A DNA stretch of 64,000 nt from Patescibacteria group bacterium (lineage in GTDB: Bacteria > Patescibacteriota > Patescibacteriia > S139-126 > S139-133). The stretch spans positions 22,535 through 86,534 of the forward strand of contig JBMYTV010000004.1 in assembly GCA_049604715.1 (NCBI GenBank). The letters are read 5' to 3'. Positions 48,043-57,600 of the stretch are shown here, piece by piece. Each line of letters begins with the position of its first letter. The first letter of the stretch is position 1. A model generated the notes under the pieces. That model had not been told where the DNA came from, ran no database searches, and was given only the letters and a program-made list of their open reading frames with translations. The position numbers and the translations under genes were made by a program.

Positions 48043-48813
48043 ATGATACTCTTAACAAGTTTAGGTATAGCACTTGGTATCAACATGCTCATGTTTATAC
48101 CTGCGTATATTTTCCGTACTGACAAACTGACAGATATTTCGTATGCAATTACGTTTGTAGTATTAGCTCTCTATGGATTTATCCTCAGTGCGGGGAATAT
48201 ATTTACAGGGATTCTCTTGGCTATAATTAGTATTTGGGCAGCGAGATTGGGTGGGTATTTGCTAATACGAATTAGAAAGACGGGAAAAGATAAACGATTC
48301 GATACGATGCGGAATAACTTCTGGAAGTTTATTCGCTTTTGGATCTTGCAAGGATTTACGGTATGGGCAGTGCTTATACCAAGCATTTTATTTTTTGGTA
48401 ATCATCCAAAACAGATATCGTCATTCGCATATATAGGAATAGGTGCTTGGATGATTGGATTGCTCATAGAAGCATTTGCAGATATACAGAAGTACCGATT
48501 CATAAATGATCTGAACAACAAAGGTAAGTGGATTGACACTGGATTGTGGAAATACTCCAGGCATCCAAACTATTTTGGCGAAATACTACTCTGGGTTGGA
48601 GTGTATGTATATACGGTTTTTGGATTATCAACCGGACAGGCAGTACTTGGCTTAATTGGACCTCTGTATATCGCTTGTCTGATTATTTTTGTAAGCGGAA
48701 TACCATTACTTGAAAAAGCGGCTGACAAGCGATGGGGTAGTGATCAAAACTACCAGCAGTACAAAAAAAGAACGAGCGTGCTTATACCGCTTCCACCTAA
48801 AAACATTTCTTAA
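48043..48813 (+). CDS. DUF1295 / steroid 5-alpha-reductase-like membrane protein
   Basis: W..RLG.YL..R, DKRF, ADIQK, GLWKYSRHPNYFGE, SGIPLLE. Confidence 0.92.
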   Translation: MILLTSLGIALGINMLMFIPAYIFRTDKLTDISYAITFVVLALYGFILSAGNIFTGILLAIISIWAARLGGYLLIRIRKTGKDKRFDTMRNNFWKFIRFWILQGFTVWAVLIPSILFFGNHPKQISSFAYIGIGAWMIGLLIEAFADIQKYRFINDLNNKGKWIDTGLWKYSRHPNYFGEILLWVGVYVYTVFGLSTGQAVLGLIGPLYIACLIIFVSGIPLLEKAADKRWGSDQNYQQYKKRTSVLIPLPPKNIS

Positions 48814-48818
48814 GTTTT

Positions 48819-49331
48819 ATGCGAAAGAAAACAATCACTGTGAATGACAAGATGCAGAAGAATTATAAATATCAACTCACTGAACCTGTGGGCAAAAATT
48901 TTGATCCTGTGTTTAAGCCAGAACTTACGCCAAAGCAGATGCTTGACTTAGGGGTATTTGGTGGACACTATATGTCTGACTGCAAAAAGGAGTTTCCTAA
49001 AGACTGGTTTACAAAAGCCAAGATGAATCCGGAAAAGCACGATGATTCACTCAACTATTTCCACAAACATGCATCTCAACCACTCAAGATATGGCAGAAA
49101 AAAGGCTGGATTAATGAAAAGCATGATCCCAGAGGCTGGTTTCAGTGGTACTGTAGGTACTACATGGGTAGGCGCTTGCCGGAAGAAGATGCTAGGCAGA
49201 TCAAACGTTGGAAAGCTATCCAAAGGCATGTTGCTCAGGTCAAGAAGAACTGCAAGAAAGGTGATATGACCTGTCGTCCGCGACAACGACAAGTGCTTCT
49301 ACATTGGGCGTATGATGCGAGGAAGATATAG
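48819..49331 (+). CDS. Conserved hypothetical basic protein
   Basis: FKPELTPKQML..GVFGG.Y, DPRGWFQWYCRYYMGRR, RQ.LLHWAYD. Confidence 0.8.
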   Translation: MRKKTITVNDKMQKNYKYQLTEPVGKNFDPVFKPELTPKQMLDLGVFGGHYMSDCKKEFPKDWFTKAKMNPEKHDDSLNYFHKHASQPLKIWQKKGWINEKHDPRGWFQWYCRYYMGRRLPEEDARQIKRWKAIQRHVAQVKKNCKKGDMTCRPRQRQVLLHWAYDARKI

Positions 49332-49480
49332 GGAAGTTAGAGTTCTAGACCGAGGTATGAATGAGACATCGAATACTCTCTTTTTATAGCGTCTCATTTG
49401 TCTCATTTACCCCGACCGAGAAGGGTTGTTTACCTGCTTGAAATCCTTCTAGATTTGCCCTAAGGTTACTGTAGGGGACA

Positions 49481-49506
49481 GGTTCTAGACCGAACTGTCC
49501 TGCCAT
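49481..49506 (+). repeat. attR-like site: degenerate copy of the tRNA-Trp 3' end
   Basis: GGTTCTAGACCGAACTGTCCTGCCAT versus GGTTCGAGTCCTAGCACCCCTGCCAT. Confidence 0.75.
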
Positions 49507-49508
49507 AG

Positions 49509-49537
49509 AAATAACCCTTACCTTAGGGGTTATTTTT
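49509..49537 (+). terminator. Intrinsic terminator (probably the original tRNA-Trp terminator displaced by the island)
   Basis: AAATAACCCTTA-CCT-TAGGGGTTATTT followed by TT. Confidence 0.65.
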
Positions 49538-49651
49538 AGTTGGGGAGGTGGGATGATAGAACTGAGTAGTGTATAATTAAATCATGCTAGAAAAGAAACA
49601 GTCAGGCGACTATATAATATTTTGTGTAAGAAGTTAAGTGGGGTATTTGTT

Positions 49652-50068
49652 ATGTCTCGTAAGTATATTGTTAATACCAAAAGTTCTCCATGGATTCCAC
49701 GTGGGTGGCGAGTAAAAGAGCATCAAAAAGGACTGGGAATTTTGGATTTACAAAGAGTTACTATCAAGCAGATAATTCTCTTTAAGTAAAGAAACAGTAT
49801 TGTCTATGGTAAGGCTATGATTGAAATGTTGAATAACTGGGACTGTTTAAATGCGAATGTATTGGATTTTTTGCTAGAGCACCCACACTTGATTCCTAAT
49901 GGATGGAAAAAGAAAAATGTCTGTTTTTGGGGCACCATCTATAAAGACATAAATCCACTGCCTTCAGTTCGTTATTTGTATTGGAAATGTGAACAATGGC
50001 ACTGGACTCATTCATGGCTACATCGAAGTTTTAATACAAGTTTTTCAGCCGCAGTTTTGAAAAAATAG
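49652..50068 (+). pseudogene. CPR-type hypothetical (DGR-target-like C-terminus) broken by one in-frame TAA at 49787-49789
   Basis: MSRKYIV...PWIPRGWRVKEHQKG...FK* continues in frame into LNANVLDFLLEHPHLIP.GWK...FWGTIY...VRYLYW...W...WL...F....AAV. Confidence 0.65.
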
Positions 50069-50195
50069 GTAGTTTCCATAAATGTCCATTTATTTTTTCT
50101 ATTAACACAGCACAGCTCACGTTTAATACCAACCTTGCGTGAGTTTTTTATTGGAGATTTTTAGTAGAGGAGTGTAGGGTGCTGCGTTTTAGGGG

Positions 50196-50224
50196 TTGAC
50201 ATTTTTTGACAAATCATATATTAT
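50196..50224 (+). promoter_or_regulatory. Sigma70-type promoter
   Basis: TTGACA-17-TATTAT. Confidence 0.6.
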
Positions 50225-50337
50225 ATGGCTTTATATAGAACATTAAAAGTATAGTTTAAGTCAGTAGTACAATAGGTATTCAGTTTATATAAATTGTTAA
50301 ATTCAAAAAAGCGGAATCTATCCGCAGGGAGTCAGTC

Positions 50338-50826
50338 ATGAAACAAGTTATGTTTTTGGTTGCAATTATGATGTTGTTATTTTTTGCTTTCAGTTGCAAC
50401 AATCAGGCAAGCCAAGACGTGAGTGCTGAAATTGCAGGTGGTGCAGCTGAAACTACGCTCGCACAAGTTTTTTATAACGGCAGGTATTTGCGACTTGCTG
50501 GTAATGTCGGGCCAGATGTTGTAAATAAGTTTTTTCATGAAATTAGAAAAAGACAAGTGCAGCTTCCTGATAGTACGGAAATTGTTTACCTGGGGCTCTG
50601 GCCTGTAAACAGCCTGACTTCTTATAGAAAGTCATTGACGTTTATGTGCTTGCAGGATCAGCCCTCTCGTTGGGGAGATCGCACTTCGTACACTTTAATC
50701 TCTCCTAGTGGAGATGAGAGAGATTGCCGGGTTTTGCTCGAGTTTAGTGCATCTCGAAGTTATGTCGGGTACTGGATTGATGAAAAAATTGATGACATGG
50801 CAACAGAAATTGCCAACAAACTCTAG
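50338..50826 (+). CDS. Hypothetical lipoprotein
   Basis: Signal peptide ending AFSC; own promoter and terminator. Confidence 0.65.
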   Translation: MKQVMFLVAIMMLLFFAFSCNNQASQDVSAEIAGGAAETTLAQVFYNGRYLRLAGNVGPDVVNKFFHEIRKRQVQLPDSTEIVYLGLWPVNSLTSYRKSLTFMCLQDQPSRWGDRTSYTLISPSGDERDCRVLLEFSASRSYVGYWIDEKIDDMATEIANKL

Positions 50827-50845
50827 GGGTGTTTGACCGTTTTAT

Positions 50846-50897
50846 CCCCACTGCATTGTTCACTTAATTTGGACAATGTAGTGGGGTTATTTTTTTT
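50846..50897 (+). terminator. Intrinsic terminator
   Basis: CCCCACTGCATTGTTCA.../...TGGACAATGTAGTGGGG stem plus T run. Confidence 0.7.
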
Positions 50898-51007
50898 GTC
50901 CATTATTTTATTGCTTGATTTTCATTATATATAGTTCTGTACATGATTTAACAAAAAATTAATTAAAAAATGTGTTATAATACAATAAATACTATTAGAA
51001 TATCATT

Positions 51008-51382
51008 ATGCCAGATCTGAATAAGACAATCCTTATTGCGGAGGATGAGGTGCCTATGGCACGAGCGCTTGATTTGAAGCTGTCTTCTGAAGGGTTTACT
51101 GTTCATGTAGCCCATAATGGCGAGGAGGCGATTGAGCTTTATAAGGAACACAAGCCAGACCTAATCTTACTTGATTTGATCATGCCTAAAAAGGATGGTT
51201 TTATGGTACTTGATGAGCTTAAAGAGCTTGGTAATACAGCGCCAGTGCTTGTAGCGAGTAATTTAAGTCAAAAAGTTGATCAAATGAAAGCTGAAGAAAA
51301 AGGCGCAAAAGAGTATTATGTAAAATCAGATACTCCGCTGGTAAAAATTGTAGAAAAAGTACGCGGAAATTTGGGACTATAA
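51008..51382 (+). CDS. Stand-alone response regulator receiver
   Basis: ILIAEDE, ILLDLIMP..DG, SN, YYVK. Confidence 0.93.
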   Translation: MPDLNKTILIAEDEVPMARALDLKLSSEGFTVHVAHNGEEAIELYKEHKPDLILLDLIMPKKDGFMVLDELKELGNTAPVLVASNLSQKVDQMKAEEKGAKEYYVKSDTPLVKIVEKVRGNLGL

Positions 51383-51400
51383 ATATCCCTTTTCAATCTC

Positions 51401-53086
51401 ATGCCACTTAACAATCAGACAATAAAAGATATTTTGGTACGCCAAAATTATATTACAGCAGAGGATGCTGAAGCAGCTGAGCGACATGCTGCTGAACAAG
51501 GCGGAAGCATTGATAGCTACCTTTTATCTAATAATATTATTTCAAAACAACTACTCGGCCAGGCAATAGCCGAGCATTTTGGGGTGAAATACCAAAATCT
51601 AGAAAAGCAAAAAGTAGATGATGATATATTTTTCAAAGTTCCAGAGATAGTTGCGCGCAATCAGCATGTAGCGGCAATTGAGCATAAGGGTGATGTTATT
51701 AAAGTTGTTACCTCAGATCCTGAAAATATTAACACTCAGTATGCGCTGGAGAAGGTTTTTGGTGTGCCTGTTGATGTGCACTATACCGGAGACGATGATT
51801 TGGAAGAATTACTTCGAAAGTACCAAACTGATATTCGTTCTGAAATAGAAAAGCTTGATGCTGCGTGGGAGAATGGCGATGATGATATTAGGGATGAAAC
51901 AATTATCGATATTGTAAAACTTATTTTCAATACAGCCATTACAAACAAAGCCTCTGATATTCACCTAGAACCAGAACGTGAGACAGTGCAAGTGCGCTTT
52001 CGTATTGATGGTATTTTGCATGATGTGGTTGAACTTCGTTCTGATATCTACGCTTCTGTTTTGTCTCGTATAAAGATTTTGGGAAAACTTCGGACTGATG
52101 AACATCGTGCAGCCCAAGATGGTAAGTATCGTTTTTCTGATGATAGTGACGAATTTTATGACATCCGTATTTCAGTAGTGCCTACAAAAAATACCGAAAA
52201 TGTTGTTATGCGTGTGCTTTCTGCGCATAACCGTCAGCTGGGGCTTCGTGATGTTGGTTTTTCTGAAGGTGATTTGAAAAAGGTAGAAAAAGCAATAAAA
52301 AACCCGCATGGCATGATTTTGGTTACAGGTCCTACAGGAAGTGGTAAAACAACAACCGTTTATGCCATGATGAATAAACTAAACAGGCGCGAAGTGCACG
52401 TGGCAACTATTGAGGATCCAATTGAATATGATATTCATGGTGTTACGCAGATTCAAGTAAACGAGAGAACAAATTTAACATTCTCTGAAGGATTACGTGC
52501 AATTGTCAGGCAAGATCCAGACATTATTATGGTAGGTGAGATTCGCGATCAAGAAACAGCAGGTATTGCTGTTAACTCTGCATTGACCGGTCACTTGGTG
52601 TTATCAACGCTTCATACTAATGACGCGCCTACCACACTTCCTCGTCTTCGCGATATGGGAGTTGAGCCGTTCTTGATTGCATCAACTGTTGAGATAATTA
52701 TTGCACAGCGCTTGGTAAGAAAGATTTGTAGCAACTGCGTGAGTAGCTATACTTTGACTGATGCTGAGCGCAATACATTGAAAGACAATGAAGCGTTTTT
52801 GCAAGTACTTGAAAAACAAAAAGTTACACTTGATGATCTTCATTTGTATAAGGGCAGCGGATGTTCAGTGTGCGGTGATACAGGATACGCAGGGCGTGCT
52901 GGTATATTTGAGACACTTCATATGGATGATGAAATAAGAAAGGCAGTAATGCAGCACGCACATGCTGATGACATACGGGAGCTGGCTATCAAAAATGGCA
53001 TGAATACTATGTTTGAAGATGGCGTGCAAAAAGCCCTTAGCGGGGTTACTACTCTTGAGGAGGTTATGCGTGTAACTATCGCATAA
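51401..53086 (+). CDS. pilB: Type IV pilus assembly ATPase (PilB/GspE)
   Basis: ASDIHLEP, GPTGSGKTTT, EDPIE, RQDPDIIMVGEIRD, TGHLVLSTLHTN, tetra-Cys motif. Confidence 0.94.
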   Translation: MPLNNQTIKDILVRQNYITAEDAEAAERHAAEQGGSIDSYLLSNNIISKQLLGQAIAEHFGVKYQNLEKQKVDDDIFFKVPEIVARNQHVAAIEHKGDVIKVVTSDPENINTQYALEKVFGVPVDVHYTGDDDLEELLRKYQTDIRSEIEKLDAAWENGDDDIRDETIIDIVKLIFNTAITNKASDIHLEPERETVQVRFRIDGILHDVVELRSDIYASVLSRIKILGKLRTDEHRAAQDGKYRFSDDSDEFYDIRISVVPTKNTENVVMRVLSAHNRQLGLRDVGFSEGDLKKVEKAIKNPHGMILVTGPTGSGKTTTVYAMMNKLNRREVHVATIEDPIEYDIHGVTQIQVNERTNLTFSEGLRAIVRQDPDIIMVGEIRDQETAGIAVNSALTGHLVLSTLHTNDAPTTLPRLRDMGVEPFLIASTVEIIIAQRLVRKICSNCVSSYTLTDAERNTLKDNEAFLQVLEKQKVTLDDLHLYKGSGCSVCGDTGYAGRAGIFETLHMDDEIRKAVMQHAHADDIRELAIKNGMNTMFEDGVQKALSGVTTLEEVMRVTIA

Positions 53087-53092
53087 AATAAT

Positions 53093-54184
53093 ATGAAAAA
53101 AGGTAAAGTAAAAAAATCATCATTATCAACAGAAATTGCACTGGGAGGTGTGAAGCTTCTTGATAAAGCAACATTTGCCAAGCACTTAGCAACGCTTTTG
53201 AAAGCTGGTATTGGTATTGTTGAGGCTCTTGATATTACTTATGGTGCAGCAAGTGGAAAGATGAAAAAGGTAATAGGCGAAGTGCGTGAGTCAGTTGCCG
53301 CGGGTAACGGCTTAGCTGCTTCGTTTGCGGAGCATCCGAAGGTTTTTACGAATTTACTTGTTCATGTGACTGAGGCGGGTGAGCTTTCTGGTACATTGGT
53401 TGAAAATCTAGAAAATATTGCAACACAATTGCAAAAAGAGTATGACCTTCATGCCAAGATCAAGAGCGCTATGACATATCCTATAGTGGTATTGGTTGCA
53501 GCTATTATCTTAGCTTTAGCAATGGCGTATTATGTGCTTCCGCAAATTACACCACTTTTTGCCGGTCTAAAAGTAGAGCTTCCGCTAACAACTCGTATTG
53601 TTCTATGGTTTTCTGATGTCATGCGAGCACATGGCGGCATTATTGCAAGTGTAGTGGTGGCTCTTTTGATAGCTATTCCTTGGGTTATTCGTAAGCCATT
53701 TGTTTATCCATTTACACATTGGGTGCTATTGAGAATGCCACTTTTTAAGACAATTGTACGTGATGCTAATATCACTAGGTATACTCTCACACTTGGGCTT
53801 TTATTAAAAAGTGGTTTGAATGTAGATGAAGCTCTTCGTATTACACAGTCAACTGTACCAAACTACTATTATCAAAAACACTTGCATGATGTTCTTGACC
53901 GTGTGCAACACGGCGGAACCATCTCTGAAGTACACAAACATGACACACGTTTATTTACTAGGCTTGTTATTAGTATGATTCGTGTCGGTGAAGAGTCAGG
54001 TACGCTTGATGAAACACTCTTGTACTTGGCTACGTTTTATGACAGTGAGGTAGAGGGAAACACCAAGCGCCTCACAACAGCACTCGAACCGATCATGCTT
54101 GTTATTATCGGCGCTGTTGTTGCAACACTTGCACTAGCTATTATTACTCCAATATATGAAATCACCGGTAACATCCGGCGCTAG
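53093..54184 (+). CDS. pilC: Type IV pilus platform protein (PilC/GspF)
   Basis: GELSGTL, AMTYP, GEESGTLD, LEP.M. Confidence 0.94.
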   Translation: MKKGKVKKSSLSTEIALGGVKLLDKATFAKHLATLLKAGIGIVEALDITYGAASGKMKKVIGEVRESVAAGNGLAASFAEHPKVFTNLLVHVTEAGELSGTLVENLENIATQLQKEYDLHAKIKSAMTYPIVVLVAAIILALAMAYYVLPQITPLFAGLKVELPLTTRIVLWFSDVMRAHGGIIASVVVALLIAIPWVIRKPFVYPFTHWVLLRMPLFKTIVRDANITRYTLTLGLLLKSGLNVDEALRITQSTVPNYYYQKHLHDVLDRVQHGGTISEVHKHDTRLFTRLVISMIRVGEESGTLDETLLYLATFYDSEVEGNTKRLTTALEPIMLVIIGAVVATLALAIITPIYEITGNIRR

Positions 54185-54665
54185 CCGGTATTCCCGGTTT
54201 AACGCGTTTTATAAAATATATATACATAACCGCGGGGTGACCATGCTCGAAGTACTTATTGTTATGGGTATTTTGTCCATTGTACTTGGTAGTAGCTTGG
54301 CAATTAGCGGTAATACAGACCTGGTGAGCCAGCGGCAAGATGTACGTGACCAAGTGAAAAGTCATATTTATACAGCTCAGATTAGGGCTAGGGCTGGGGT
54401 AAACAGCACTTCGCATGGTGTATATATAGCACCGCATGCTATTACGGTTTTTCAGGGTGGGTCATATGCAACTCGTGATACTGACTATGACCTAGTAACT
54501 ACATTTCCTGATGCTGTGACACTTACTGCTGAGGAAAGTGAAGTTATTTTTTCATATGGGCGTGGTTTGCCAAGTGCAACAACCACGTTGGTTATAAGTC
54601 ATGCTATTTCCGGGCGTCATGATTTGTATATTAATGAACATGGAGCTGTAGAGCACAATGATTAG
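54156..54665 (+). CDS. Minor pilin/pseudopilin (FimT/GspH-like)
   Basis: RG|VTMLEVLIV class III signal; start uncertain. Confidence 0.8.
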   Translation: MKSPVTSGASRYSRFNAFYKIYIHNRGVTMLEVLIVMGILSIVLGSSLAISGNTDLVSQRQDVRDQVKSHIYTAQIRARAGVNSTSHGVYIAPHAITVFQGGSYATRDTDYDLVTTFPDAVTLTAEESEVIFSYGRGLPSATTTLVISHAISGRHDLYINEHGAVEHND

Positions 54666-57600
54666 TTTTTCTGATATACAAAAAAATAAATACGGAGTTT
54701 CATTGTTTGAGGCTGTTATTGCAATGGCGCTATTTGCGCTTGTGGCTGCAAGTTTAGTTAGTCTTGGGCTTGGTGGTTTTCAAGGGCTGCAGTATGCAGG
54801 TAATTATGCACAGGCTGAAGGAATTGCGACTGAAGGATTTGAAGTACTTCGTGCTCTTCGGCATGAAGCTATGAATCAGTTTACATATACGACAAGTTCA
54901 GTTAGTTTTTCTGCAAGCGATTGGGATTTTGATGGTGAAGGAACAACAGAAGTGATTGGGCCTTATACACGTATTATAGCTATAGAAGATGTTTGTCGAG
55001 ATGGGTCTGATGATATTACTACGTGTCCGGGTACATATACTGACGAGACAAGTAAGTTTGTAACTGTCACGGTTACATGGAATTCATTTTTTGGTAAATC
55101 TCAGACGGTTGTTAGGCAGGCGCTTATTACAAACTGGGATTCAAATGATTGGACACAAACAGACTGGTCAGGTGGGTCAGGACAGGCTATTTGGAGTAGT
55201 AGTGATGAGTATGATAGTGATGATACTAATGTAGATGTAAGCACTGCAGGGGAGGTATCACTGGTTAACAATGGTGTTGGGTGCGGAGATTATTCATGGC
55301 GATTTGACTCATCAGGAGATTACTCATTTGATAATGACTTTATTGAGGTGACTGGCAGCAACGCGCAACTTGTCTCGTCTAGCGGAGGTGGTAATAGTGA
55401 TAGCTACCCATACACAAGTGATAGTGAAGGTTGGGTGTATGCTGATTGGGATGAAGGTGGTGGAGAGGTGAATGTAACTGGCACACATAATGCTTCAGGT
55501 GGCAATCCATCTGGATGGCTTGATATAAATGTACCATCAGGTAAGAACGATGAGGTTGGTGGATACTGGTATGATGCCCTTGTCACCACCTCAACAGCAA
55601 GTAGCGCAACACTTTCTTTTGATTATACTGTGACTCAATATGATACAACGCCTGAGACATTTCAAATATATGCATTTATTGATGCTGGTTCAGGAGAGCC
55701 GACTATAGGACAAGAAGTATGGTCATCTGGTGAACTTACAACTACAGCTAGCTGGACTGGAAGTGGCAGCATTGATGTGTCTTCAGACATTACAGCTGCT
55801 GGTACGTATTATATAAAACTTGCGGTATGGGTTGAGACTCCAGGTGGTCCTGGTACTGGGCCATTTGAAATAGGTTTTGATAATACTGATATTTCTTGGA
55901 TAGGAGCAGCGAGTTATCCTACCTCTAACCCATCTGTTAACCCGGTTTCTGGTTACATACCATCTGGTGTAGACACATGGACTGGTTTTACTGAGACAGC
56001 CTCCAAAGATAGTGGAGAAATATATTACCAACTATCTAATGACTCTGGGTCTACCTGGGAATATTGGAGCGGCAGTGCATGGGTGACAGCAGGTGCATCA
56101 AACTACAACACTGCATCAACAATCAATACAAATATAAGCAGTTTTGCAACATCATCTGGCTCAATACTGTTCAGGGCGTTTTTAGAAAGTGACGGCACCC
56201 AATTTGTGCAGCTTGATGAAGTAAGTATATCGTGTGAGCAGTCATATGCCTGGCCATTTACTACACCTAGTAATTACACTTATGATCCAGGAGATATAGA
56301 AGTCACAGGGGGTGTTGCACAGCTTATAGCATCAGGCGGAGGAGGAGAGGTGTTCAGAGTTCAAGAATATTATATTGGATCTGGTCAGTTTACCGGGAAC
56401 ACGTATACACTGCAGCTCAACCAAGATTTGGTATCAAATTATTTCACCCTTGTGCAAGGTAGTGATGGTAATGGAACAAATGGAAGTAACCGTGGTCCAG
56501 ATGAAAACTACGCTATGATTGTGTCTGATCCATTTGGCACTGGTGACCTGAGTACATCAGGAGTGAGTAATGAGATAGTATTACAACGGGGAAATAGTGT
56601 TGATGATTGGATCGGAGTTGTGACAGTTATTGAGTGCATTAGTAATTGCACAACAGATGGTTTTCAGCTACACGATATTCAACGAGTAACACATGGCACA
56701 GGAAATGCTACAGGCAGTGATACGAGTGGTACTGCATGGAGTGATATTAATCAAGTCATGCTATTTGGTGGGTTTAATGGTCCTGGGTGTTTGACTGCTG
56801 AAAACTCAAATGGTGAACATGATGTATGTCATGTGCGTATCTACCCATCAGGTAGTGACACCATAGAATGGGCACGGAATTTTACTGCCAATTCATCAGA
56901 AAGTGCAGTGCAAGTACTTGAGTGGGGTAGTAACTGGACAGTACAGCGAGAAACAGTCACAGGTACCAATGGTGGTAACGGGGTAAATGCAACAGGAGAG
57001 TATAACACAGCTAGTATAACGTCGGTAGCGCGAGACAATACTTGGGTTTGGGGTGTCGGGTACACGTCAGATGATGGTATTGGTGATTCATCAGAGGGTG
57101 TTGTGATTACGCTTGGTGATGGGGTAAATCAAAATGCATCTGAAACCAGTGTAGCAGTAGGTATGGAGTATACGGATAGTAAGTTTTTTGAAGTATACGC
57201 ACTTACACACGATAGCCTTGCAGTTGATTATCGGTTTAAAACTGATGGTGATAGCGGCAACTTAACAGTAGACGTGACTGTTGATACAGCAGCATCATCT
57301 ACGGCGCGTATGGCACTTTCCTACAATACTCAAAATGGTACTGGTGGAGCATTTCCACGACCCATGATGTCAGCAAGGTATACTGCAGATACAACCGTAA
57401 GACTTGAGCGTCGGCGCTCTGGTCAAAATTTTGCCGCTTGGGTGCAGGGTATTGATTTCTCTGGGTTTAATTCGTATGCATCGTATCCAACTGATCTGCC
57501 AACCGTCCAACCAGCAAGTTCATACACACAAGGTGCTGTTGATACTTGGAATAGTTTTACAGAAATCTCTACAAAAAATGGTGGAGAGATTTATTATCAA

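Larger units (their letters stand above)
23809..49506. mobile_element. Integrative element/genomic island at tRNA-Trp (large serine recombinase; terminase-bearing, capsid-less)
   Basis: CCTGCCAT direct repeat at 23809-23816 and 49499-49506; 18/25 match of 49481-49505 to the tRNA 3' end; shared subterminal motifs; recombinase, terminase, MTase and repressor inside; the only long minus-strand genes in the window. Confidence 0.82.

Noticed and set aside
23809-49506. Complete prophage or conjugative element
   Set aside because: No recognisable portal, capsid, tail, lysis, relaxase or T4SS genes between the att sites
49787-49789. Stop-codon reassignment or readthrough
   Set aside because: All other genes read normally in code 11 with TAA, TAG and TGA as stops; an isolated nonsense change is simpler
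11780-50250. boxA-like words near putative transcription starts (GTTCTTTACTAA at ~11782, GTCATTGACAA at ~37792, GAACATTAAAA at ~50238)
   Set aside because: Too degenerate to support without genome-wide statistics
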